DNA of 64,000 bases from Candidatus Nitrospinota bacterium M3_3B_026 (lineage in GTDB: Bacteria > Nitrospinota_A > UBA7883 > JBPRGF01). Positions 19,960 to 30,660 of this stretch are shown piece after piece. The DNA lies in the NCBI GenBank assembly GCA_051418015.1, contig JBPRGF010000017.1:224001-288000 (forward strand), read 5' to 3'. The position numbers were made by a program, and so were the translations under genes. The notes beneath the pieces are model-generated. The model worked only from the letters and a program-made list of their open reading frames with translations. It did no database searches and was not told where the DNA came from. How positions within the stretch are numbered: the first letter of the stretch is position 1; each line of letters starts with the position of its first letter.

Positions 19960-21573
19960 TCAGTCTGCTGGCGCCACCCGCGAGACCTCCTCGAAAGTCG
20001 TTATCCCCTCCCGGGCCTTTTCGAGGCCGTCCTCCAGGATCGTCCTCATCCCCTCCTCGCCGCGCGCAAGCCCCCTCAAGGCGTCCGGCGAGGCGCCGCT
20101 CATTATCAGCTCCCTTATCTTCTCCGTCGCGCCCATGAACTCGAACAGCCCGATCCGCCCCCGGTATCCGCTGCGCCTGCATTTATGGCAACCCTCGCCG
20201 CGGCCCGCGCATTCATCGCAAACCCTCCTGGCAAGCCGCTGGGCCAGCGTCCCGTTCAGGGTGGAGGCGAGCTGGTAGGGCTCCACCCCAAGGTCAAGCA
20301 TACGGCTCACGGCGGAGGCGGCGTCGGTCGTGTGCGTGGATGTCAGCACAAGGTGGCCCGTCATCGCCGCCTGGACGGCGATCCCCGCCGTCTCGGCGTC
20401 ACGTATCTCCCCCACCATGATTATGTCCGGGTCCTGGCGCAGAAGGGAGCGCAACCCCCGCGCGAAGGTGAGCCCGGCCCTGGGGTTCACCTGGGTCTGC
20501 CGCGCGTTCTCCAGCCGGTATTCCACGGGATCCTCGATGGTGACCGTCGTCTTGTCCTGTGAGCTGACGGCCTTCAGGGCGGCGTACAGGGTGGTCGTCT
20601 TACCAGCGCCCGTGGGGCCGCTGACTATGACCACTCCCTGGCGGCGCCTCAAGGCCGCCTCAAAGCCTTTGCGGGCGTGGCCCCGGAGGCCGGTCTCGGG
20701 AAGGCTCATGAGCGCGTCGCCGCGGTTGAGCAGACGGATCACCACGCTCTCGCCGTGTATCGTGGGGAAGGTGGAGACGCGGAACTCGAGCCGCCGGCCG
20801 TCCAGCGCCATCTTGAACCCGCCGTCCTGCGGCACGCGAGATTCGGCTATGTCCAGCCTGGCGAGTATCTTTATCCTGGAGACTATGGCGCTCTCCAGGT
20901 CCTTGGGTGGAGACGGCGCGGGAAACATCACGCCGTCTATGCGGTAGCGCGCCCTGAGATCGTCCTCCCCCGGCTCTATGTGAATGTCCGACGCCCCGTC
21001 GCGCGCGCCCTGGCGGATTATCGCCTCCACGACCCTTGCTATGGGCGCGCCGCCGTCCGCGCCGTTTCCATCCACGGCGCCGTAGCTTTCGACCCTTTCG
21101 GAAACCCGGGAAATCTCCCCTCCGGGCGCCGGCCCCAGTACGCCGTAATGGCGCTCGATGGCGCCAAGAACTCCGCTTTCGGTGGATATCACCGTCTCCA
21201 CGTCCGCCTTGAGCCGGGCGGATACCTCGTCTATGGCCGCCAGGTCCAGCGGGTCCGCCATCGCCACGAGAGCAGACCCGTTGGCGAGAGCCAAGGGAAA
21301 GAGCAGCCGCCTTCTGGCAAAAGACTCCGGTATCCGCCTCAAAAGCTCCGCGGGAGGGCAGGCCTCGTCCAGCTCCACGAACGGAGCGCCGAGCTGGCTG
21401 GAAAGAAAACGGGTGACCTCCTCTTCGGTCATCAACCCGAGGGAGACGATCGCCCTACCCAGCCTGACGCCGCGCGACCTGCTCTCCTCCAGGGCGGCGT
21501 CCAGCTGCCGCCGGGTTATGACGCCGGATTCAAGGAGCAGGGCGCCAAGATGTCTTTTCCCTCGGACTGCCAT
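19960..21573 (-). CDS. GspE/PilB/MshE-family assembly ATPase with MshEN-like N-terminus
   Basis: GASDIHIEP, GPTGAGKTTT, TIEDPVEY, LRQDPDIIMVGEIRD, TGHLVLTSTH, CxxC...CxxC. Confidence 0.94.
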   Translation of the reverse strand: MAVRGKRHLGALLLESGVITRRQLDAALEESRSRGVRLGRAIVSLGLMTEEEVTRFLSSQLGAPFVELDEACPPAELLRRIPESFARRRLLFPLALANGSALVAMADPLDLAAIDEVSARLKADVETVISTESGVLGAIERHYGVLGPAPGGEISRVSERVESYGAVDGNGADGGAPIARVVEAIIRQGARDGASDIHIEPGEDDLRARYRIDGVMFPAPSPPKDLESAIVSRIKILARLDIAESRVPQDGGFKMALDGRRLEFRVSTFPTIHGESVVIRLLNRGDALMSLPETGLRGHARKGFEAALRRRQGVVIVSGPTGAGKTTTLYAALKAVSSQDKTTVTIEDPVEYRLENARQTQVNPRAGLTFARGLRSLLRQDPDIIMVGEIRDAETAGIAVQAAMTGHLVLTSTHTTDAASAVSRMLDLGVEPYQLASTLNGTLAQRLARRVCDECAGRGEGCHKCRRSGYRGRIGLFEFMGATEKIRELIMSGASPDALRGLARGEEGMRTILEDGLEKAREGITTFEEVSRVAPAD

Positions 21574-21707
21574 GAAAAAGGTATTTCCCCCACCATGCCG
21601 ATTGCCGGGACGATCACAAGCGCGCTTATTCTACAAGGTCTCCCTGGCGCTATCAATAAGCATCGCCCCCCGGCCGGGAAAAAGCATGAAGATGTGAAAA
21701 AATATTA

Positions 21708-21736
21708 TTGACACGAGGTCCCCGAATTAGTATATT
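21708..21736 (+). promoter_or_regulatory. sigma70-type promoter of the cold-shock gene
   Basis: TTGACA-N17-TATATT, about 195 bp upstream of the csp start. Confidence 0.75.
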
Positions 21737-21931
21737 GGCGGCGCTTATTTTAGGGGCATCTCGCAACTGACTGTCTTTTATGGTATTAGCCTGCGCGAGG
21801 GGATCGGGCTATTCTTGTCCTGTTGCCCGGGCCATAAAAACAGGCGCTTGGCATCGGACGGGCGTGTAAAGTCGAGGCGAGACGCCGGTTGTTATCTCAG
21901 AGGTACAGGATGTAAAAGGGGGACGTGAAAG

Positions 21932-22135
21932 ATGGCTGTAGGGAAGGTCAAGTGGTTCAACAACGCCAAGGGTTTCGGTTTCATACGTGAAGACGGCCGG
22001 GAGGACGACGTTTTCGTTCATTACACCGCGATAGACGGTGACGGCTACAAAACACTGGAGGACGGCCAAACCGTTCAGTTCGAGATATGTGAAGGCCCCA
22101 AGGGGCTCCACGCCAAGAACGTCTTGAAGATTTAG
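21932..22135 (+). CDS. csp: Cold shock protein
   Basis: [24 protein letters not shown]. Confidence 0.97.
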   Translation: MAVGKVKWFNNAKGFGFIREDGREDDVFVHYTAIDGDGYKTLEDGQTVQFEICEGPKGLHAKNVLKI

Positions 22136-22289
22136 GGGGGTTCGTCCTCCACCGCGCGTGGTCAGCGGGCCGCGCGCGGACCCGGGGGCCAGGGGCAGGC
22201 CCCGGAAGTTTACAGGATTCGCGCTGTTTTTAAGGCAGGCCTTCCGGGCCCGCTTTTTTTCTCGCGCGGACACGGCCCGGCCCGCGGAG

Positions 22290-24344
22290 CTATTCGGCTA
22301 TCTCGAGCTGGTAGAGCCTGTGCAGGCCTGTTATCCCCTTCAGCTCGAAGAACCCCAGGAAAACGGCGGTATAGTCCGGGTCTTCCCTGATCTCGTTGTA
22401 AGCCGGCTCCGTAAGCAGCACTCTGTTTTTATCCAACATCTTTTCAGGCTCGGCGCCTGGGTGGGCCTGGATCATGCTTTCCTTCGTGACACCTTCCACC
22501 CTGAATCCCATGTTCACCGCCACGCCTATGCGGTCGCCGCCGGGGCCGGCCCTGGTCTCGCCCACGTTCACGGCGAACCGCAGGTCCACCTTTTTTTTCC
22601 TGTCCGCCACCTGCGCGTTGCGGAAAGCCACCTCCCTCAGCAGCCGCAAGGCGACACGAACGGCGTTTTCCACCGAGTCGAAGGTCATCAGAAAGCCGTC
22701 GCCGGTGCTCTTGGTGAAGCGGGCTCCCTCGTCCCTGGCCGCGGGGACCGCTATGTTGTTGAGCTCATCCATGATCTGGAAAGCCAGATGGTCGCCGTAG
22801 GCGTCGGCGACGTCCGTGGACCGGCAGACGTCTATTACCAGTATGGCCTCCGTGAATATTCCCGCCTCGGCGCCAACGGCGCCTGTGACGGTGGCCGGAG
22901 CCCGATCCGTCCCCATCTCCGCGGCCACGTCCTCCACAAGCCATACCCTGCCGGTCTTCTCCTTCAATATCTGCAGGGCCAGGCCCTGTATCTCCGGATC
23001 CGCGTCCAGGGCAACCTCCTTGACAAGCGGCAGAGCGTCTTCCAAATCTACGCCCCCTATGGCCCTCAGCGCCTCGGCCCTTGTTCTGCTCTGTCCGTCG
23101 CGCAACATCGCCGAAAGCGGCCCGAGCGCCTCCGCGCCTCCTATGCGTGCCAGGGCGCGGGGGATGGCCCACTTGACCTCGCCGTCGCCCGTGAGCTTCG
23201 ATATGTAGGGAATGGCGCGCGGGTCACCGATAAGCCCAAGGGCGGTTATCGCCTTTTCCCGCACCCACCAGTCGCCGTCGTCCAGCAGCGCCACGAGCTT
23301 GTCGAAAGCAGCCTCGTCCCTGACCCTGCAGTAGAACTCCACCGCCGCCCTGCGGACGTACTCGTCGCTGTCGTTCAAAAGCTCCATAACCATGCGGCTT
23401 ATCTTCTCGCCCCCCAGCTCGCCCAGGGCCTCCGTGGCGCTCTCCCGCACCCACCAGTCGCCGTCCTTGAGCGCCCTCACCAGGGCGCTGGCGGTGCTCT
23501 CGTCCTTCAGCCCGTTCAATATGTCCACGGCGGCCCTGCGGACGTTGACATCGGAGTCCGCCAGCAGCTCTATTACGCGGGGGACAAGCCCGGCGTCCCC
23601 AATTTTTATTATGGCCTCGGTTGCCTTCTGGCGGACGACAAGGTCCGTATCCTTCACCAGTCTGAGCATCGGCGCGGCGTCCTGTGGCCCGCCAATCTCC
23701 CCCGTGGTCTGGATGACGGTTTTCATGGTGGACGGGTCGCGGTCCCGCAACGCCACCTCCCACAGCCTTGGCAGGACGGATCTGTCCTTCAGCCTGCAAA
23801 GCGCCTCCACCGCCTTGCGCTTTATCCAGGAGTCGTTGTCGTCGAGCAGGGGGAGGATGGCCTGAGCCGCCCCTTCGTATTTCAGCGACGAGAGGACGTC
23901 CATGGCGGTTTTTTTCACGTCCTTGCTGTCGCTTCTTATGTAGGGTATGACTTTCAGGGCAGTTGAGGCGTCCCCGAGCTCCACCAGGATGTCCCCGCAC
24001 ATCTTGCGGATCATGTGATCCGAGTCGTCTATGCGGCTTACCAGGGCCGGGATGGCCGCGGAGCCGCCGTATCGCTCGATCGTCTCCTTGAAAAGGTCCC
24101 GGACGCTCTCCTTGGTGTCTCCCAGGCCTTGTATGTAGGCCTCTATATGCTCTTTCTTGAAAATCTTCCTGAATATCCGGGCGGCATCGGCGTAGAGGAT
24201 CCTGTTGTAGCGAACCTCCTCGGCGACCATGGGAACAGGCGTCGCGCCGAAGGAGGCCAGACGATCCAGAAGCTCGTCGCGCTCTTTTCCCTCCGCCTTG
24301 GGAAACCTGGCCAGTATTCTCTTTATCCTGGACTTTTCAAACAT
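22290..24344 (-). CDS. HEAT-repeat protein with C-terminal class III adenylate/guanylate cyclase domain
   Basis: Many PBS-lyase/HEAT repeats (DWWVRE.A.EALG); ILVIDVCRST, KSTGDGFL, LRFAVNVGE, DRIGVAVNMGFRVE. Alternative start 24389. Confidence 0.85.
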   Translation of the reverse strand: MFEKSRIKRILARFPKAEGKERDELLDRLASFGATPVPMVAEEVRYNRILYADAARIFRKIFKKEHIEAYIQGLGDTKESVRDLFKETIERYGGSAAIPALVSRIDDSDHMIRKMCGDILVELGDASTALKVIPYIRSDSKDVKKTAMDVLSSLKYEGAAQAILPLLDDNDSWIKRKAVEALCRLKDRSVLPRLWEVALRDRDPSTMKTVIQTTGEIGGPQDAAPMLRLVKDTDLVVRQKATEAIIKIGDAGLVPRVIELLADSDVNVRRAAVDILNGLKDESTASALVRALKDGDWWVRESATEALGELGGEKISRMVMELLNDSDEYVRRAAVEFYCRVRDEAAFDKLVALLDDGDWWVREKAITALGLIGDPRAIPYISKLTGDGEVKWAIPRALARIGGAEALGPLSAMLRDGQSRTRAEALRAIGGVDLEDALPLVKEVALDADPEIQGLALQILKEKTGRVWLVEDVAAEMGTDRAPATVTGAVGAEAGIFTEAILVIDVCRSTDVADAYGDHLAFQIMDELNNIAVPAARDEGARFTKSTGDGFLMTFDSVENAVRVALRLLREVAFRNAQVADRKKKVDLRFAVNVGETRAGPGGDRIGVAVNMGFRVEGVTKESMIQAHPGAEPEKMLDKNRVLLTEPAYNEIREDPDYTAVFLGFFELKGITGLHRLYQLEIAE

Positions 24345-24510
24345 TCGCCACGAAATCCCCCGCCCACGGACTCCGGCAAAGCCAGCCATGGGCCAGGAAG
24401 TTGAAAAAGGAAAGCCGCCGCAAAACTAACCCCCGCCGAATCAATACTATTCAACCCCAACGGCGGTGGGGTGTCAAGCTCTCTAAAACGCGAAACGGGG
24501 CTGAAAACCG

Positions 24511-26502
24511 TCACGCCATCTCCAGCCTCTTGAGCCTCCGGATCTTGTCCCGGAGCCTCGCCGCGGTCTCGAAATCCAGGTCCCGCGCCGCCTTGCGCAT
24601 CGACGCCTCGTGTTTTTCTATCAGACGCTCTATGTTCTCCACCGGCAGGAACTCAAGCTCCTCCTCGTCCTCCTTGGGGACGGTCACATAGTCATGCTCG
24701 TAGACCGAGGAGAGCGCCTCGCCTATCTTCTTTTTCACGCTTCGGGGGGTTATGCCGTGTTTTTCGTTGTACTCCAGCTGGATGGCCCGGCGGCGGGTGG
24801 TCTCGTCGATGGCACGGCGCATGGAGCCGGTTATCCTGTCGGCGTACATTATCACCTGCCCGCCGACGTTCCTGGCGGCGCGCCCGGCCGTCTGGATCAG
24901 CGACGTTCCGCTCCTCAGGAAGCCTTCCATGTCCGCGTTGAGAATCGCCACGAGGCTGACCTCGGGGATGTCCAGCCCTTCTCTCAGGAGGTTTATGCCT
25001 ATCAGCGCGTCGAATTCGCCCATGCGAAGGTCCTGGATGATGGCCATCCTCTCCAGCGTACCTATCTCCGAGTGCAGGTAGCGCGCCCGGACGCCGAGAC
25101 CCTCCATGTGGTCGGCGAGGTCCTCGGCCTGCCGCTTGGTCATGCAGGTGACGAGGACCCGCTCATCGCGCCCGGCCCGTTTCCGTATCTGCTCCAAAAG
25201 GTCGTCCACCTGGTTCTCCACGGGGAGGACGATGATCTCCGGGTCGGCAAGGCCCGTGGGGCGGACGATCTGCTCCACCACCACGCCTTCCGATTTTTCG
25301 ATCTCGTACTCCGCGGGCGTGGCGGAGACGAAGATGGTCTGCGGCATGAGCGCCTCGAACTCCTCGAAGGACAGAGGCCTGTTGTCATAGGCCGACGGCA
25401 GGCGGAAGCCGTATTCCACGAGCGTTCTTTTCCTCGACCGATCGCCCTTCAGCATAGCGCCGAGCTGGGGGATGGTCTGATGGCTTTCGTCGATTATGAG
25501 CAGCGCGGCGCCGGGAAGGTACTCCATCAGCGTCGGCGGCGGCTGGCCCGGGGCGCGGCCGGAGAGATAGCGGGAATAGTTTTCTATCCCGTTGCAGTAC
25601 CCGATGGCCTTTATCATCTCGATGTCGGCCATCGTCCGCTCCTCTATCCTCTGCGCCTCGATGAGCTTGTCCCGCCTCCTGAAATCCTCCGCCACCTCGA
25701 CAAGCTCCTTCCTGATCTCCACCAGGGCCTTCTCCATCACGTCCCTGGGGGTTACGTAGTGCGAGCCGGGATAGATGTCCACGCTGCCAAGCTTTTTCAG
25801 GACCTTACCCGTAAGAGGGTCCACCTTGCGGACGGAGTCCACCTCGTCGCCGAAGAACTCGACGCGCAGCGCCGTGTCGGTCTCGTAGATAGGCAGTATT
25901 TCCACCACATCGCCCATGACGCGGAAGACGCCCCTTTTGAAATCCACGTTGTTGCGCTCGTAATGTATATCCACGAGCTTTGCGAGAAAGTCGTCCCGGT
26001 CAAGCTCCATCCCCTCTTCTATGTGGATTCGCATGGCGTTGTACTGCTCCGGCGAGCCGAGACCGTATATGCAGGAGACGGAGGCGACTATTATCACGTC
26101 CCGCCGCTCCAGAAGCGACCTGGTCGCCGAGTGGCGCATCTTGTCTATTTCGTCGTTTATGGAGGCGTCCTTTTCTATGTATGTACCCGTCTTGGGCAGG
26201 TAAGCCTCGGGCTGGTAGTAGTCGTAGTAGGAGACGAAGTACTCCACGGCGTTTTCGGGGAAAAACGATTTGAACTCGGAGTACAGCTGCGCGGCGAGGG
26301 TCTTGTTGTGGGCTATGACGAGGGTGGGCTTCTGGACCTTCTCTATGACGTGGGCTATCGTGAAGGTCTTGCCGGAGCCCGTGACCCCAAGGAGAGTCTG
26401 GCGGGCAAGCCCTTTTTCCAGCCCTTCCGCCAACTGTTTTATTGCCGCCGGCTGATCGCCTCTCGGCGAAAAGTCCGACACCACCCTGAACCTGCCCTCC
26501 AT
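24511..26502 (-). CDS. uvrB: Excinuclease ABC subunit B
   Basis: [42 protein letters not shown]-terminal UVR domain. Confidence 0.99.
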   Translation of the reverse strand: MEGRFRVVSDFSPRGDQPAAIKQLAEGLEKGLARQTLLGVTGSGKTFTIAHVIEKVQKPTLVIAHNKTLAAQLYSEFKSFFPENAVEYFVSYYDYYQPEAYLPKTGTYIEKDASINDEIDKMRHSATRSLLERRDVIIVASVSCIYGLGSPEQYNAMRIHIEEGMELDRDDFLAKLVDIHYERNNVDFKRGVFRVMGDVVEILPIYETDTALRVEFFGDEVDSVRKVDPLTGKVLKKLGSVDIYPGSHYVTPRDVMEKALVEIRKELVEVAEDFRRRDKLIEAQRIEERTMADIEMIKAIGYCNGIENYSRYLSGRAPGQPPPTLMEYLPGAALLIIDESHQTIPQLGAMLKGDRSRKRTLVEYGFRLPSAYDNRPLSFEEFEALMPQTIFVSATPAEYEIEKSEGVVVEQIVRPTGLADPEIIVLPVENQVDDLLEQIRKRAGRDERVLVTCMTKRQAEDLADHMEGLGVRARYLHSEIGTLERMAIIQDLRMGEFDALIGINLLREGLDIPEVSLVAILNADMEGFLRSGTSLIQTAGRAARNVGGQVIMYADRITGSMRRAIDETTRRRAIQLEYNEKHGITPRSVKKKIGEALSSVYEHDYVTVPKEDEEELEFLPVENIERLIEKHEASMRKAARDLDFETAARLRDKIRRLKRLEMA

Positions 26503-26587
26503 CCGGATAGTATAGCAGGACGGCGACGAGGACAGCCGCCGGGCCCGGAGAAGAAGGCGCGCCCTCTTTCCCGGGGGCGGCGCGGCC

Positions 26588-27022
26588 CTAGCAGTTTATG
26601 GCCACGCCGGAGCCGTTCGGGCCGCCTCCCGTCCGTGGAGCGGCCTTGTTGGCGCTCTCTATGGCCTGCTCCCAGGCCTGCTTCACGTTCCGCAGGGTGT
26701 CCAGGGCGGTGTCCAGAAGGTCCTTGTCCCTGTCTATGTTGGCCTGGGTGAGGTTCCTGTTGATATCCGTGTAGAGCCTGTCCAGGCTGTCGGCCACGTC
26801 GCCGCCCCGCGTTTTGTCCAGCGAGGCCGCAAGCTCGCTGATGATCTTCTGGGCCTTGCTTATGTAGAGCCCCTGGCCCGCGGCGTCGCCGGTGTCCATC
26901 CTCTGCTTTGCCTCGGCGATGAAGCGGATGGCCCCATCGTACATCAAGACGATCAGCTTGGACTTGTTGACCGTGTTGACCTGGTTGGCCTGGTAGGCGT
27001 TCGGTCTTTTGTACTCACTCAT
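26588..27022 (-). CDS. fliS: Flagellin chaperone FliS
   Basis: [26 protein letters not shown]; follows fliD. Confidence 0.95.
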   Translation of the reverse strand: MSEYKRPNAYQANQVNTVNKSKLIVLMYDGAIRFIAEAKQRMDTGDAAGQGLYISKAQKIISELAASLDKTRGGDVADSLDRLYTDINRNLTQANIDRDKDLLDTALDTLRNVKQAWEQAIESANKAAPRTGGGPNGSGVAINC

Positions 27023-27038
27023 TCGGATGTCTCCTTGA

Positions 27039-28652
27039 TTAGAATTGCCACCCCTTTGACAATGTGCTCAGCTGCGAGTTGAGATAGTTCTGCTCCGCCG
27101 TGAGCTTCGACAGGAGCGTCTCCAGGTTCACGAACTTGGCCTTGAGGTTCTCCTCCTTCTGGACAAGGCGGTCCTCCATATCGTCGATCTGCTCCTGCAG
27201 CTTCTTGTCCTGGTTTTCTATGCTCCTGTACTGGTTGAATATCAACCCCTCGGTGGAGAACTCGGTGTACCTGGCGGCCTTGTGGCGCGCCGCCTCCGCG
27301 ACGCCCATGGATATCCTCATCGTCCCGGTCTCGCCTATGCTCATCGTCCCGGTCTGGAGGATCAGGCCCTCCAGTATCGTGTCGCTCTGCCCATAGGCGA
27401 AGTTCCCTGACTGGTCGAGCCGGACCCATGTCCCGCCGCCGCCCTGCAGCTTCATCTCGAGGGCCGCCACACCACCGCCGGCGTCCACCACCCTGGTGTC
27501 ATAGGTTCCGCCGGTAGTCGATCCGGCGCCGGTGACAAAGGTGTATGTCCCGCTGCCGGCGGAGACGAAAAGCTCCTTCACGTCGTCGAACCGGGTCTTC
27601 AGAAAGTCCTTAAACTTCGCCTCGTCGAGCGTGAGGTGGTCCTCGTCGTCCGTCTTCAGCCCAACCTGGGACAGGGAAGAAAGGTTGCTCGAGTCGGTAA
27701 CATCGATCCCCGCCACGCTCCCCGTAACCAGGGAGCGCATCTGTTCCTGTATGGTCTGCAGCGTGGCGTTGCCGAAAAGCTCTCCCTTGGTGTTCGTGGA
27801 CTGCTCGTAGGTGAACTGCTCCTTGATGTAGTCCGCCAGCTCGTTGTACGCCTCGACGAAGCTCTTGACCTTGTCCACGATGGCGTCATAGTCAGCCGCG
27901 AAGGTCATGGTCCCCGACCCGGCGGTCTTCAGGTTTATGGTGGCGTCGTAGATGACGTCGGTCACCGTATTGGAGCTTTTCGTGACGCTGAGCCCGTCGA
28001 TGGTGAACTGGGCGTCCTGCGCGGACTGCGATGTGGTGAAGGTCAGGTTCGTTATGTCGGAGATAGTAAAGCTGTTGTCCGTCCCGGTCTCGTCCGCCGA
28101 CACGAGAAGCTTGTACTGGGGGTTGTCGTTCGTCCCGGTGTTGATTATCGACGCCGTGACCGGCGCGCCGCTCGCGTTTATGTCGTTCTTGATCTCCTCC
28201 AGGGTGTCGCCGGAGACGACGCTTATGTTATAAGTGTCGGTCCCGTCGTCGATGGTGATGGTTCCGCTCGCCCCGGCGGCGGTGGTGTAGCTTGCGAAGG
28301 CCTCGTTGCTGGCCGACTTCTGCGCTCGGGCGAGCTGACTTACCGCTATGTCATGGGAGCCGTCCGGGGTGCTCGCCCCCGCCACGATGGTGAGGACTTC
28401 GCCCGCGGAGGTGTTGTTGTTATAGAACGTTCCCGTCCGGGAGGAAAACTCGTTCGCGGTGTTCATCTTGTCCGCGGCGGACTCAAAAGCCAGAAGCTTC
28501 GAGTTCACTTCCTGCCAGGCGGCTTTCTGCGCGGCCAGGGCGCCCTGCTTGACCTCCAGTATCTCTATGGGGCGCCGCTCCAGCTCCATGAGCTGGCTGA
28601 TTATGCTGGTGGTGTCAAGACCCGATACAAGCCCGTCAACGGAGAGAGCCAT
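27039..28652 (-). CDS. fliD: Flagellar filament cap protein FliD
   Basis: GLVSGLDTTSIISQLM, AQDAQFTIDG...SNTVTDVI, FVEAYN, C-terminal coiled coil. Confidence 0.96.
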   Translation of the reverse strand: MALSVDGLVSGLDTTSIISQLMELERRPIEILEVKQGALAAQKAAWQEVNSKLLAFESAADKMNTANEFSSRTGTFYNNNTSAGEVLTIVAGASTPDGSHDIAVSQLARAQKSASNEAFASYTTAAGASGTITIDDGTDTYNISVVSGDTLEEIKNDINASGAPVTASIINTGTNDNPQYKLLVSADETGTDNSFTISDITNLTFTTSQSAQDAQFTIDGLSVTKSSNTVTDVIYDATINLKTAGSGTMTFAADYDAIVDKVKSFVEAYNELADYIKEQFTYEQSTNTKGELFGNATLQTIQEQMRSLVTGSVAGIDVTDSSNLSSLSQVGLKTDDEDHLTLDEAKFKDFLKTRFDDVKELFVSAGSGTYTFVTGAGSTTGGTYDTRVVDAGGGVAALEMKLQGGGGTWVRLDQSGNFAYGQSDTILEGLILQTGTMSIGETGTMRISMGVAEAARHKAARYTEFSTEGLIFNQYRSIENQDKKLQEQIDDMEDRLVQKEENLKAKFVNLETLLSKLTAEQNYLNSQLSTLSKGWQF

Positions 28653-28697
28653 TTTATTCCAACCGAAAGTTTATATTTTCCTTGGCCGTTTGCTCTT

Positions 28698-28725
28698 TTA
28701 TCGGCCTGGAAAGGGTCTTCCTTTA
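28698..28725 (-). promoter_or_regulatory. sigma28 (FliA) promoter of fliD-fliS
   Basis: Minus strand TAAA-N16-GCCGATAA (consensus spacer is usually 15), 46 bp upstream of fliD. Confidence 0.75.
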
Positions 28726-28763
28726 GCTGTTTTTTCTTGCCCTGAACGCGCCCCGCGCCTTTG

Positions 28764-28809
28764 AAAAAACGGAAAGGCCCGGGCCCCCTGAAAAGGACCC
28801 GGGCCTTCC
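28764..28809 (-). terminator. Rho-independent terminator after fliC
   Basis: AAGGCCCGGG / CCCGGGCCTT stem with a nearby T-run on the minus strand. Confidence 0.65.
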
Positions 28810-28862
28810 AAAACGGCCCCTCCGATGGGCTCTAAATCAACGCCGATGCGGCGCGCCTTTTT

Positions 28863-29735
28863 TTAACCCAGAAGCTGAAGCACCGTCTGTGGTACCAGGT
28901 TCGCCTGGGCCAGGATCGCCGTGGAGGCCTGAACCAGGATCTGGTTCCTCGTGAACTGCGATATCTCCAGCGAGTAGTCGGCGTCGCGGATCTGCGACTC
29001 GGCGGCCTGGAGGTTCTCGGCGCTGATGGACAGATTGGCTATGGTATGGACCAGCCTGTTCTGCACCGCGCCAAGCTTGCCCCGGCCCGCCGTAACCACG
29101 GAAAGGGCGGAGTCGATCCTGCTGAGGGAGTCCAGCGCCGAGGAGACGTGGGTGACGGAGATGTCGGTTATGTTCAAGCCGGTGGAGTCGATGGCGGTAA
29201 GGTCCACCTCCTGGTTGAGGCTTATCCTGTCCCAGGACGTGGCCTGCATCCCGACCTGGATGACCACGGAGTCGACACCCAGGGCGGTCAACGTCGTCGA
29301 GTCGCTGGAGAGCGATCCGTCAACCAGCTTCTGGCCGTTGAACTCCGCCACCTGGGAGATGCGGTCGACCTCGTTACGCAGGGCGTTGAACTCGTGGTTG
29401 ATCGTGACGCGCTCCGCCGAGCCGACGGTACCCGTAGCGGCCTGGGCGGCCAGCTCGCGCATCCTGATGAGGATCGACGCCTGCTCGCCCAGGGCGCCTT
29501 CGGCGGTGTTGATGAGGCTGATGCCGTCGTTGGCGTTCCGGAGCGCCTGGTTCAGCGACCGGATGTCCGCCCGCAGCGCCTCGGATATCGCCAGCCCCGC
29601 CGCGTCGTCGGCGCCCCTGTTTACCCGAAGGCCCGACGAAAGGCGCTCCAGGGACACCCCCAGGGAGTTGTTGTTGTTGCCCAGGTGCCTCTGGGCGGTG
29701 ATGGAGAAGATGTTGTTGTAGACACGAAGAGCCAT
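28863..29735 (-). CDS. fliC: Flagellin (short variable domain)
   Basis: LERLSSGLRVNRGADDAAGLAI, NANDGIS, RGKLGAVQNRL, AESQIRDAD. Confidence 0.98.
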   Translation of the reverse strand: MALRVYNNIFSITAQRHLGNNNNSLGVSLERLSSGLRVNRGADDAAGLAISEALRADIRSLNQALRNANDGISLINTAEGALGEQASILIRMRELAAQAATGTVGSAERVTINHEFNALRNEVDRISQVAEFNGQKLVDGSLSSDSTTLTALGVDSVVIQVGMQATSWDRISLNQEVDLTAIDSTGLNITDISVTHVSSALDSLSRIDSALSVVTAGRGKLGAVQNRLVHTIANLSISAENLQAAESQIRDADYSLEISQFTRNQILVQASTAILAQANLVPQTVLQLLG

Positions 29736-29758
29736 AGCGAATCCTCCTTGAAATCATC

Positions 29759-29818
29759 GCTCCAGCCTCCTTGCCGGAGCCGGGGGCGCTAAAAAACCCT
29801 TCGGCCTCCATGCGGCCG
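29759..29818 (-). promoter_or_regulatory. Putative CsrA-binding hairpins in flagellin leader
   Basis: CGGCC-gcATGGA-GGCCG and GCTCCGGC-AAGGAG-GCTGGAGC: ANGGA displayed in hairpin loops. Confidence 0.55.
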
Positions 29819-29891
29819 CGGGCTTCGCGCCGGTTTCATCGAACCGTCTTTTGCCTGACGTTATCTATGTATCGACGGAGGGAAAATTTTA

Positions 29892-30554
29892 CTAAAGACT
29901 TTTTTTCGCCTGGGGGCGGGCGAGGGCTTCGGAAAGGTCTTTTATCATCCCCCTCACGCGTCCGCTCTTCGTCTTGAGGGAGGCCCGGTTGACAACCAGC
30001 CTGGCGGTGATATCCATTATTCGCTCCACCTCCACGAGGCCGTTCTGGCGGAGGGTCTCGCCGGTGGAGACGAGGTCCACTATCCTCTCCGAGAGCCCCA
30101 CGAGCGGCGCGAGTTCTATGGAGCCGTAGAGAGTGATAACCTCGATCTGCACGCCGCGCCCGGCGAAATGGGCCTCGGTGATGTTGGGGAACTTCGTGGC
30201 GACGCGGATATGCGTCCATTCCTCGGGGTTATCCCTGTCGGAAAGCTCCTCCGGCTCGGCCACCACCATCCGGCAACGCCCGAAGCCGAGGTCCAGAGGC
30301 TCGTAAAGGTCCGCCTCGCGCTCGGCCAGCACGTCGGCCCCGGCCACGCCGATGTCCGCCGCGCCTTCTTCCACGTAGATCGGGACGTCCTTGTCGCGGA
30401 TGACCATGGCCGCCGCGGCCGCGCCGGGGGCCTCGAATATCAGCTTCCGCCCCTCCCTGAGCGCCTCGCTGAAATCGAGCCCCGCTTTCCTGAAAAGCTC
30501 GACCGAGGGCTTAAGGTTGCGCCCCTTGGGGAGGGCTATCGTTATCTTCTCCAT
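29892..30554 (-). CDS. hisG: ATP phosphoribosyltransferase, short form
   Basis: IALPKGR, DVPIYVEEGAADIG, VATKFP, GSIELAPLVGL..IVDLVSTGETL. Confidence 0.97.
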   Translation of the reverse strand: MEKITIALPKGRNLKPSVELFRKAGLDFSEALREGRKLIFEAPGAAAAAMVIRDKDVPIYVEEGAADIGVAGADVLAEREADLYEPLDLGFGRCRMVVAEPEELSDRDNPEEWTHIRVATKFPNITEAHFAGRGVQIEVITLYGSIELAPLVGLSERIVDLVSTGETLRQNGLVEVERIMDITARLVVNRASLKTKSGRVRGMIKDLSEALARPQAKKSL

Positions 30555-30660
30555 GAACGCCGCGCCCTGAGAATCTTTCCTTGAAACAAGAGGTTATTAT
30601 AAACCATGCGTCCCGCCCGGACACCCGCCGCGGAGGACGCTCATGGGGCGGGAAGTCTCG

